Origin: Octopus bimaculoides
Taxonomy: Eukaryota
Assembly: GCF_001194135.2 (NCBI RefSeq)
Contig: NC_068981.1
Coordinates: forward strand, 21,684,974 to 21,748,973
Direction of reading: 5' to 3'
DNA length: 64,000 nt
In this document: positions 51,870 to 62,349 of the stretch, piece after piece
Layout: the number at the start of each line of letters is the position of its first letter
Numbering within the stretch: the first letter of the stretch is position 1
The notes under the pieces: generated by a model
Database searches by the model: none
What the model was told of the DNA's origin: nothing
The model's input: the letters and a program-made list of their open reading frames with translations, nothing else
Program-made: the position numbers and the translations under genes

Positions 51870-52534
51870 TTAAAGTAAACAGAAAATGCAGAAATATTGA
51901 TCAACAACAATTGTCTAACATCGATTATTATTTTTTAATACAAATAAACTTTATCCCATATATACATATATTTGTCATCTCTTATCGTTTACTTGTTTCA
52001 GTCAGAACACCCATTGTTGTAACAGACGGAGTGCCAGTATTATATAATGTTATGCCATGCCACATTACATTATACCATACAGCACCTCTACCCTACTACA
52101 CTACAAGCAAGTTACCATTAATGATCCTCTGCACCAAGCAAAGAAGTCCTCTTGTTGTCATCATTGCCAGCAACACTACTTGTGCCTTGGTGTGCATCAG
52201 TCAGTTGGTGACCTCTTAACCCAATATAGATGTCTATTGCATAATATGATTTGTACCTATCACTGTAGGCATATATACATGTATATGTTTGGTGACAACT
52301 CAGCTGTGATGTATAAGTATTATAAAAAGCATCCATTCAGAGAGTAATTTTGATAAGTGAAATTCTAATTTATGGGCTCAGCATACTTCCACTGTGCTAT
52401 TCTGCTCAAGGAGTGATTAAGCAAATATATATAATTTCTTATATTGTCTCCTTTTTGTTACACTTCTTCTATTACATCATCCATCCTATGTCATTTATTT
52501 CTATGCATTGGACTGTTTCAAATGTACAAAAACA

Positions 52535-52750
52535 TTATTTTCTACTCTAGGCACAAGGCCTGAAATTTTGGAGGAGGTGGCCAGTCAATTAGATCAACCC
52601 CAGTACACAACTGATACTTAATTTATCGACCCTGAAAGGATAAAAGGCAAAATCAACCTCGGCAGAATTTGAACTCAGAACATAAAGACAGATGAAAGAC
52701 GGCTAAGCATTTCACCTGGCATGCTAACGTTTCTGCCAGCTCGCTGCCTT
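52535..52750 (-). mobile_element. SINE type C
   Basis: Reverse complement of the 32831 family; head-to-head with the next copy. Confidence 0.82.
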
Positions 52751-52854
52751 AAATGTACAAAATATTGTAACAACACAATACATGCTGCTGCGCTAGGATG
52801 TTAATTTAATTACCGAATGATGACATTCCCCTCTATCAATATTCTGAAAGTCAT

Positions 52855-52990
52855 GAGGTGGTGAGCTGGCAGAAATGTTAGTACACCTGGCAAAATGCTT
52901 AACGGAAGTACCAGTTGCGTACTGGGGTTGATCTAATCGACTAGCTCCCACCCCAAAATTTCGGGCCTTGTGCCTAGAGTAAAAAAGAAT
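52855..52990 (+). mobile_element. SINE type C with internal deletion
   Basis: ggtggtgagctggcagaaatgttag..aatgcttaacgg joined directly to aagtaccagttgcgtactggggttgatc. Confidence 0.8.
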
Positions 52991-53169
52991 ATTCTGAGAG
53001 TCATAGTCGACAAACAACATGCATAGATCTGTGTTGCAAATTTGCCATATGCCATTTTCAGGTGAGCCAAAAACAAATCAATTCTATGAATGTTTCTCCA
53101 ATGCAGCATAGTAAGCGTGCTTACTGGTGACCTGCTATGTTAAAAAGAAAGGTCACACTGGATAACATG

Positions 53170-53420
53170 GTTGCTTAGTGAACATTACTCAATAAGAAAC
53201 ATAGGGTTAGTTTTCCTGTTTCACTGATGTATATATTCCTCCCTGGATAGGACACTGGTCTGTTGCTGGATTATTCATTTTTACCAGATGAGAGGAGTGG
53301 AACAATGTGAAATGAAGTGTTTGACTCAAAAACGCAATGCATCATCCAGTGTAGGTATTGAAACCATAATTTTACGTTCATGAGTCCAATACCCTAACCA
53401 CTAAGCCATGTACCTCCACT
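53170..53420 (-). mobile_element. Degraded SINE with type A-like head
   Basis: ggtattgaaacc..ccctaaccactaagccatg is a reverse-complement tRNA-like head. Confidence 0.55.
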
Positions 53421-53864
53421 TGATAATGTGGTGATTGGTATAAATCGTTTGTAAAACAGATCAGAAAGATCATCACAGTCTGACTTTCTTTCATCTTAAT
53501 GGGTCTACTGGATCAAGTGTAACTTGGGGTTAAACAACAACAACCACAATCAACATGAAAACAACACCAACCACAACAACAACCACAAACAACATGGAAA
53601 CAACAATTTAGTATTGCCTGCTTTTCTAATAGAAAACCAAAAACACAAATAAGTAATTGTTAAAAACTGGGCTGGTGTGAAATAGATATCACTTTCTTGA
53701 ACACATCTGTAGCTTGTCTTCTGGTTTCTAGTGAAGAGGTTCAAACATCTTCCTCAATCTCCAAGCAAGTTGACCTTTCTTAAACATTTGGTTAATTATT
53801 GTGTCTGACATGGGTTTATTTCAGACATAAATTTCTGCCAAAATTTGGATTGGTTTTCACTTGT

Positions 53865-53917
53865 TTATTGAGACAGTCCCACTTCAGCTAAGACATTTCT
53901 ACTTAATTCTATTTGTT
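53865..53917 (-). CDS. Candidate terminal coding exon of an unidentified gene (xQIELSRNVLAEVGLSQ*)
   Basis: A ~40-nt polypyrimidine tract plus CAG acceptor (53920-53918) precedes one short open frame to TAA in non-repetitive-looking sequence. I do not recognise the peptide. Confidence 0.2.
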
Positions 53918-54444
53918 CTGAAAAGAAAAGAGAGACAGAGAAAAAAAAAAAAGAAAAACAACTTGGAGGAAATAAAGAGAAAGAACTTGATATTGTGTTT
54001 TTCTTTTCATAAATTCTCTCTCAATCAATGGTTGTCATCCTCTTTTTCCACATCATCATCATCATCATCATTGGACCTCTTTAATGACTTCATCTGTTGT
54101 CTTGAAGTTCCAAGCTGTAAGCAAGCTTCCTTAGGAAGGAAATGTCTCCTAGTAAACAAGGAATGGTTCAGAGGGAGCAGCATCTACTTTCAGGAGGTCC
54201 CTACATGAAGTCACTTTTGATATCGCCTCCATTTCCTGTTGTTATTTCTTGATTTTGTGCTTGTGTTGTAAGAGACACATATTTCTCTTGGCATTGTTTA
54301 TTTGTTGATTGTTCTGTAGCTGTCAGCACTCTTACATTCATACAAATATTATGATGTACAAGACACACAGACATACAGATATATGTTGCTCATATCTATG
54401 TATATACATATTGCCTATAGTTGATTTACACTCCCCCCACACAA

Positions 54445-54548
<104 letters not shown>

Positions 54549-54685
54549 ATAAATACATACAACCTATTCATGCTGCATAATGTACATAAATAGACATACT
54601 ATTTACATATTATACACATATTCTTATATATAGTACATTCAATCTATAAATGTATGTATACAGAAATACTATGTACATACATGTG

Positions 54686-55510
54686 TGTGTGAACAGCTAT
54701 ACTACATGGCAATGAAACATGGGCTGTGACAGCCGAGGACATGCATAGGCTAGAAAGAAATGAAGCCTGTATGCTTCGCTGGCTGTGCAAAGTCAGTGTG
54801 CATGTTTGACAGAGAGTAAGCATCTTGAAAGAAAAGTTGGAAATAAGAGGTATCAGGTGTGGTGTGCAAGAAAGGCAACTGCGCTGGTTTGGTCATGTGA
54901 TGCATATGGACAAGGACAGCTGTGTAAAGAAGTGCCGATCTCTAAGGGAACCTGTGGAAGAGGTAGACTCAGGAAGACATGGGATGAGATGGTGAAGCAT
55001 GATCTTTGAACTTTGAGTCTCACAGAGGCAATGACTAGTGACCAAGACCTTTGGCAATACGCTATGCTCGAGAAGACCTGTCAGGCCAAGTGAAATTGTA
55101 GTTGTGGCTGATGCTGGTGTCACATAACTGGCAATGGTGCTGGTGGCATGTGAAAAACACCTTTCGAGCATTGGGATTCATGGAGACAATGTGGCTGAGC
55201 TCCTTTCGAGTGTTGGGCCTCATGGAGGCAATAACCGAGACCTTTGGCATTATGTCATGCTTGAGACGAAGACCCATCAAGCCAAGAAAATTGCCGTCAT
55301 GGCAGATACTGGTGTCACACAAATGGCAGCCATGCCAGTGGCATGTAAAAGCACTTATCACACTCTCAGAGTGGTTGGTGTTAATAAGGACATCCAGCCA
55401 TAGAAACCATGCCAAATCAGACTGGAGTCTGGTGCAGCCTTCCAGCTTGCCAGCCCTGGTCAAACCATCCAATCCATGGACAACAGACGTTAAATGATGA
55501 TGATGATGAT
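54686..55510 (+). mobile_element. RTE LINE 3' portion (older copy)
   Basis: HGNETWAVTAEDMHRLERNEACMLRWLC...GRGRLRKTWDEMVKHDL, duplicated segments in the 3' UTR, and an (ATG)n tail. Confidence 0.88.
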
Positions 55511-56029
55511 ACCATATACATTTTTTTAAATGTATATAATATATNNNNNNNNNNNNNNNNNNNNNNNNNNNNNNNNNNNNNNNNNNNNNNNNNNNNNNNN
55601 NNNNNNNNNNNNNNNNNNNNNNNNNNNNNNNNNNNNNNNNNNNNNNNNNNNNNNNNNNNNNNNNNNNNNNNNNNNNNNNNNNNNNNNNNNNNNNNNNNNN
55701 NNNNNNNNNNNNNNNNNNNNNNNNNNNNNNNNNNNNNNNNNNNNNNNNNNNNNNNNNNNNNNNNNNNNNNNNNNNNNNNNNNNNNNNNNNNNNNNNNNNN
55801 NNNNNNNNNNNNNNNNNNNNNNNNNNNNNNNNNNNNNNNNNNNNNNNNNNNNNNNNNNNNNNNNNNNNNNNNNNNNNNNNNNNNNNNNNNNNNNNNNNNN
55901 NNNNNNNNNNNNNNNNNNNNNNNNNNNNNNNNNNNNNNNNNNNNNNNNNNNNNNNNNNNNNNNNNNNNNNNNNNNNNNNNNNNNNNNNNNNNNNNNNNNN
56001 NNNNNNNNNNNNNNNNNNNNNNNNNNNNN

Positions 56030-57430
56030 GAGGAGAAGTTTCAGGTGTGGAAGCAAGGACTAGAATCGAAGGGCCTTAGAGTCAACCTAGCAAAAACCAA
56101 AATCCTAATAAGTAGGAAGGTAGATAAAACACAAACCCCTTCAGGTAGATGGCCCTGCTCAGTATGTAGAAAAGGAGTAGGTAGTAACTCTATAAGATGT
56201 ACCCGGTGCAAGCTATGGACACATAAGAGGTGCAGCAATATCAAAGGCAGATTAACTACGAAGTTAGTTTTTGTATGTGGCAGATGTTCAGGTGCAATAA
56301 ACACTGTAAACAAACAGGAAACAACTTCTATCTCATTCCAGGGTGAAAAACTAGAGGTAGTCGACAGCTTCCGCTATCTGGGTGATCAAGTTAGTAGTGT
56401 GGATGGGTGCGCTGAAAGTGTAGCTGCTAGAATAAGAATAGCCTGGGCAAAGTTTAGAGAGCTCTTACCTCTGCTGGCGACAAAGGGACTCTCACTCAGA
56501 GTAAAAGGCAGACTGTATGACGCATGTGTACGAACAACCATGCTACATGGCAGTGAAACATGGGCTGTGACTGCTGAGGACATGCATAAGCTCGCAAGGA
56601 ATGAAGCCAGTATGCTCCACTGGATGTGTAATGTCAATGTGCATACCCGTCAGAGTGTAAGTATCTTGAGAGAAAAGCTGAACATAAGAAGCATCAGTTG
56701 TGGTGTGCAAGAGAGACGATTGCGCTNNNNNNNNNNNNNNNNNNNNNNNNNNNNNNNNNNNNNNNNNNNNNNNNNNNNNNNNNNNNNNNNNNNNNNNNNN
56801 NNNNNNNNNNNNNNNNNNNNNNNNNNNNNNNNNNNNNNNNNNNNNNNNNNNNNNNNNNNNNNNNNNNNNNNNNNNNNNNNNNNNNNNNNNNNNNNNNNNN
56901 NNNNNNNNNNNNNNNNNNNNNNNNNNNNNNNNNNNNNNNNNNNNNNNNNNNNNNNNNNNNNNNNNNNNNNNNNNNNNNNNNNNNNNNNNNNNNNNNNNNN
57001 NNNNNNNNNNNNNNNNNNNNNNNNNNNNNNNNNNNNNNNNNNNNNNNNNNNNNNNNNNNNNNNNNNNNNNNNNNNNNNNNNNNNNNNNNNNNNNNNTGCC
57101 AGTACCACCTGACTGGCCTTCGTAAGGTTTTTGAGCGAGATCGTTGCCAGTGCCCCTGGACTGCCTCTTGTGCGGGTGGCACATAAAAGACACCATTTCG
57201 AGCGTGGCCGTTGCCAGTACCGCCTGACTGGCCTTCGTGCGGGTGACATGTAAAAGCACCCACTACACTCTCTGAGTGATTGGCGTTAGGAAGGGCATCC
57301 AGCTGTAGAAACTCTGCCAAATTAGATTGGAGCCTGGTGTTGCCATCCGTTTCACCAGTCCTCAGTCAAATCGTCCAACCCATGCTAGCATGGAAAGCGG
57401 ACGTTAAACGATGATGATGATGATGATGAT
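56030..57430 (+). mobile_element. Young RTE LINE 3' portion, stop-free ORF2 segment between gaps
   Basis: About 232 uninterrupted codons (56030-56726): GLESKGLRVNLAKTK, C4HC3 finger, FRYLGD, YDACVRTTMLHGSETW. CpG-containing 3' UTR and (ATG)n tail. Confidence 0.93.
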
Positions 57431-57748
57431 AAAGCTGGCACTCCATCAGTTACAACAACGAGGATTCTAGTTGATCTGATCAACGGAACAGCTTGCTCAT
57501 GAAATTAATGTGCAAGTGGTTGAACACTCCACAGACATGTGTGTACCTATAACATAGTTCTCAGGGAGATTCAGCATGACACAGAGTGTGATAAGGTTGG
57601 TCCTTTGAAATAGAGGTACTACTCATTTTTGCCAGCTGAGTGAACTGGAGTAACGTGAAATAAAGTGTCTTGCTCAAGAACACAATGCGTTGCCGAGATT
57701 TGAACTCACGACCTTATGATTGTGAGCTGAATACCCTAACCACTTAGC
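57431..57748 (-). mobile_element. tRNA-derived SINE, type A head with type D tail
   Basis: The head and first ~150 nt match 9-150; the remainder matches 21335-21517. Confidence 0.85.
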
Positions 57749-57769
57749 CATGCCCCTTCTCTCTCTCTC

Positions 57770-58330
57770 TATATATATATATGTAATGGAAGATATTAAT
57801 TAGTAAACAATGATATGAGATGTTGGAGTTGTAATCAGTTTGTAAGGATTGGTTCTTCATTGATTGCCACTATGTAAAGATGAAAGAGCAGTGATTGAAG
57901 TTGTGAAGAAAATATTTATTTACTGTTATATCTAATATACCTTGCCTCGATGGGTAGGTGATAAAATCCTAGAGCATGCGAAGTAAAGTTAGATGTAGAT
58001 TTTCCTTGTATAGTTTTGTGTACACATTTTCTTTGCAGTAATCCACAGATAGTGGTAGAATGATGTTGTAAGAGAACAGAATTAGAGCTAGTAAAAGTTG
58101 TCGGGTCATGGGAAGCTGTCTCATAGCTGCTGACAGTAAATTTCATTTCCTCCTTTGACCATTGTCTTTAGTAGCTGCCATGATTGTGACCATGATTCTA
58201 TCGCTCCGCTCCGTTCCCTAACTGATGGTAGCTGTCTCTGACTTGAGTTGTCATTCATTAACTAACTGATTGAGTTGTCACGAGCTGACTAACTGATTTT
58301 TGCTTGGGGTTCTTGCTTTTATAACTATTC
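57770..58330 (-). mobile_element. Possible Penelope-like element 5' remnant
   Basis: A broken frame starting MTRQLLLALILFS.. follows a repeat-rich leader (gactaactgat units). The resemblance is from memory only. Confidence 0.25.
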
Positions 58331-58833
58331 AGAAGGATAGAAATATCATTGAGGACGAGGTTAGAAAGGTGAACACATTATTTTGGCCTAGCTAAAGCAA
58401 TCTGGCAAATGTAAAACTGCTGTCACAGAAAAACCATTGTTCCACAGTGGGAAAAGTTCTGTTGAAGTGTTAATTTAAATTTGGCTATGGTGGATTGAAT
58501 TTACTTCATGCCTGCAAGATCCACTACATATATATATATATATACATACTATATGAATATTTTGAAATTTTTTTTTTTTTTTTTGTCAGAGAAGGAAGTG
58601 CAATATCTATAACTTTATTAAAGCCCCCAAGACTAAAGTGGTGGTGGCAACAGCAAAGAAAGAACTATTCTCAAACCAGAGACCTAGTCCCAGATGCTAT
58701 GAACTTTATAAACTCTGCTAAATGCCTTCATGTACACAAAGATTGGATGGTATGTGTGTATGTGTGTGTATATATGTGTTTGTGCATATGTGTATGTGTG
58801 TGCGTTGCATATGTGCATGTGTGTGTGCATGTG

Positions 58834-58879
<46 letters not shown>

Positions 58880-59049
58880 TTGTGTTGTGTTTGAGTGTTG
58901 TGTGCTGTCAAAAGAAGTTACTCATGGCAGAAGAAAGGTTGAGCTGTTGAGGTTTATTCACAACAAAGCAACAGATGATGATAGGAATTTAAGTGTTTTC
59001 GTGTAACAGACACATCCAACCCATGCTAGCATGTAAAAATGGACACTAA

Positions 59050-59300
59050 CAGTAGTAGTGGTGTTGATGTTGCTGTTGTTGTTGTCAGTGGTTGTGGTGG
59101 TATTGGCGGTGATTGTGATGGTGGTGGTGGCAGTGGCGCTTGTAGGGGTAGTGGTGATGATGATGATAATGATGATGATGATGATGATGATGATGGATGG
59201 TGCTGCTGCTGCTGATGACAATGATGACAATGATGACAACAGTGATAGTGATGATGATGATGTTAGTAATGTCGGTGACGATGATGGCAATAATGACGAT
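59050..59300. repeat. Compound trinucleotide low-complexity tract (GTT/GTG/GAT)
   Basis: Directly visible. Confidence 0.9.
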
Positions 59301-59302
59301 TT

Positions 59303-59336
<34 letters not shown>

Positions 59337-60139
59337 TATTGCTATATATGTTTTTTTGTAAGACTGTAAAGTCGATAAATATCTTCGTCTGATATGATAT
59401 CAATATCTAACTTTTAAAGTGCTGTGTGATCCAGAAAGCTAAAATACACAAGAAAATGTCACCAAATGATTAGGTAGCTGGATATATCATTTAATGGATA
59501 CTAGAGTTTCAGCTGAGAATGACACCGACCTCATATTTCCTTGTTTTGTCTACACTATTGTTATTTACATTTGCCCCTGACGAGCCTTGAGCAACTTACT
59601 CTAAATACATTATAGAAATCTGACCTTGTCTGGAATATTTTACCGATCACTCTCTGGTTTTCTAATCTCAAGAGAAGTAAGAAATCTAAATAAAAGTCTT
59701 GAATTTCTAAAATGTTAAAATAATGGAAAAAAGAGAATAAATATTAAAAGTGCTGACTGAACAGCTAACCATAAACATTTTATGACCATGTTTCATGCTG
59801 GCATGGGAAGGACAGTTTGACAGAATCTAATGTGTTCAAGACGGCACCATGTTCTTGCTTCTGTTTTGGTAGGTTTCTACAGCTGGAAGCTGTTCCTAAT
59901 GCCAACCACTTTACAGCATAGAATGGACACTTTTTTCATGCCACCTTCACTATTGAAGTCACTATGCAGTTCTTAGGGCCTTGAATTCTGGAAGTGGTGG
60001 TGGTAGCTTTATGTCTGGCGGACAAAGGGATTATTACAATCAGAAAGGGGCACGAAGTAGGTTCTTGTAGTGGGACCTGCACAAAAATAGAAGATTAATG
60101 GAAGCTGTAATTATATCACAATATGAGTCATTATCAGCG

Positions 60140-60470
60140 TCGCCTTACTGGCACTTGTGCCAGTGGCACATTAGAAAACAGTTGAGAGTGGTCGTTGTCA
60201 GTGCCGCTGGACTGGCTCCTGTGCAGGTGGCATGTAAAAAACTCCATTTGAGCATGGCCGTTGCCAGTACCGCTGGACTGGCCCGCATGCCAGTGGCATG
60301 TAAAAGCACCCACCACACTCTCGGAGTGGTTGGCTTTAGGAAGGGCATCCAGCTGTAGAAACTCTGCCAGATCAGATTGGAGCCTGGTGCAGCCATCCGG
60401 TTCACCAGTCCTCAGTCAAATCGTCCAACCCATGCTAGCATGGAAGGCGGACGTTAAATGATGATGATGA
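60140..60470 (+). mobile_element. RTE LINE 3' UTR/end
   Basis: Repeated ccagtggcatgtaaaa modules, then the conserved terminus and (ATG)n tail. Confidence 0.88.
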
Positions 60471-60479
60471 GCCTGAAAT

Positions 60480-61700
60480 ATACAAATAACAACACATCAA
60501 AAATTATCATGAGGCTAGTGACATGAAAACGCATCAGTCAAAAAGTTTGACTGCAATTAAACAAATTGACCACAATTAAACAATCTCAACTAGATTGTTC
60601 ATATTATCACACTACCATAACCACCATTAACTACTTTTACCAATTTTACAAATTTAAAAGAAAGCCTAGTGGAGCCAGTCACATCAGAAAACAGAATTAA
60701 GATACACAGCATTCAAGTACACCACAATCAGCAACATAGACGCTGCACTAAATACCTTCAACAAAGTAATTATATGTAATTTCCAAAATACATATCTCAC
60801 AAGGCCACATAAAAGAACAACTCCAATAGCACAACACAGATAGCCACACTGATGAAAATTATGGACAATCACAACAAAGTCTGTCAATGCTGCAAAACAA
60901 CAGAAAAAATTCCATTAAACAACTAAACAAGGAAATAACCAGGAAAATAGATGACAGGAAAACTGAAAACTGGGAAAGTATTTATATGCAACATAAACCA
61001 TAAAACAAACAAATAAAGCACAATATAGAGAGTAATTGATATCATCATCAATAACAACGACAATAATGCTGACAACTATCACAGAACAATCGATCTCACA
61101 ATTACAACTGCAAATCATATATCCACACATTGTTTGAAAATAGGCCATCAAAAATCATACAAACAACAAAGGAACTCAAAATGAAAAATTCTACACAGAC
61201 AATTGTTGTGGTTCCTCTCTTCCATTAAATAGCCAAAAAGCAATGAAATTTTAGCTGCAAAAGCTTGAAAGAATTGCAAACGTACAACTAAAATACCTAG
61301 GGCCTGAAGGAATCACATCCTCTCACCATTCTCCAGGTAGTATGCATCTATCCCAACCCTACCTAGAAAAACTTGGCTCCATGACAACAAGCTTGAAGTA
61401 GCAAATACCAAATCTACCATTTCCCTTTTGATCAGGAACACCAGAAAACATTAAATTCCATCAACTATTACACTTGAAAGACATGAATATACAGAAGATA
61501 AAAATATTAGAATCGGCATACAATGCCTCTTCAGTGTTAACAGCACAAATAGTCATATAGTTAGATACATAAGATCCTGTTGTCAGGAAAACAAAATGAC
61601 ATACACATATATTTAAAGCACTCATAGGCAGCACAAGTATTCTGATCCTGTCCTCCAGTCTATTCTTAATAACCTACAACACAGTACAAACAACATAAAA
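60480..61700 (+). mobile_element. Highly degraded I/Jockey-group LINE ORF2 relic
   Basis: A-rich plus strand. Broken peptides such as NIDAALNTFNKVI, IKQLNKEITRKIDDRKTENWE and ..LQHSTN/QTVQN-like end resemble the linker and C-terminal regions of such ORF2s. Confidence 0.5.
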
Positions 61701-62349
61701 AATCATAAAAAATCATATTTAACTTCCTTATATGTTGTGCACAGACCACCCTGTTTAGTCACCTACACAATAGTCAGATTGAACCAAGAACCATGTGTTT
61801 GAAAAGTGACCTTCTAAGGCACACAGTCATGCCTTCACTCATGAAATTTTGTCCCAATTTTCTAATGTTCTAATATTTAGAAACTAAATTTTCTCTTATC
61901 CCAATCCTTATCTTTCTGCATTGCTGATTAATACATAGTAAGTGAAGCATATTAACATCTTTTAAGAAATCTTTCTCAATTCACTTTTTATGCATTTATT
62001 TTGTTAGGTCTACAATTCAGCCTTATTTGAGTGAATATAATATATATCAGCTGTACTTGGGATAAGGTTTCCAGGAAAGGAATGTTATTCCTTGAAAAGT
62101 AATCCTTTAAAGCATCTTTTATTTATCAAGAATTCCTACTAATTAATTGGAAGTAGTTTACAAATTGTCTGACCATACTGACGCCAAAAAGATTCACTTT
62201 ATGCTTAAGTAGACATGATGTGTGATGTTTGTGGTTTGTGAGGCTAGTAGCAGTGAAAGGCCAATGTATGTAATAGATATGGAAGAATTAGAACAGGAGA
62301 AGAAAAGATGTTAAATTAAAACAGAACCAACTGTATCAGATTATGTAAG

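Noticed and set aside
54030-54320. Minus-strand open stretches (LTATEQ...DAAPSEPFLVY*, MLLPLNH...DDNH*)
   Set aside because: Interrupted by stops, with no recognisable domain or splice context; possibly a decayed retroelement leader, but I cannot support that.
58590-58749. Plus-strand 160-nt exon (EGSAISITLLKPPRLKWWW...)
   Set aside because: The acceptor comes from a poly-T run and the donor from the start of a TG microsatellite; the peptide is unrecognised.
59576-59605. CTGACGA-GC-CTTGA-GC hammerhead-like start
   Set aside because: The required GAAA after stem II is absent (GCAACTT) and there is no second copy to support a consensus.
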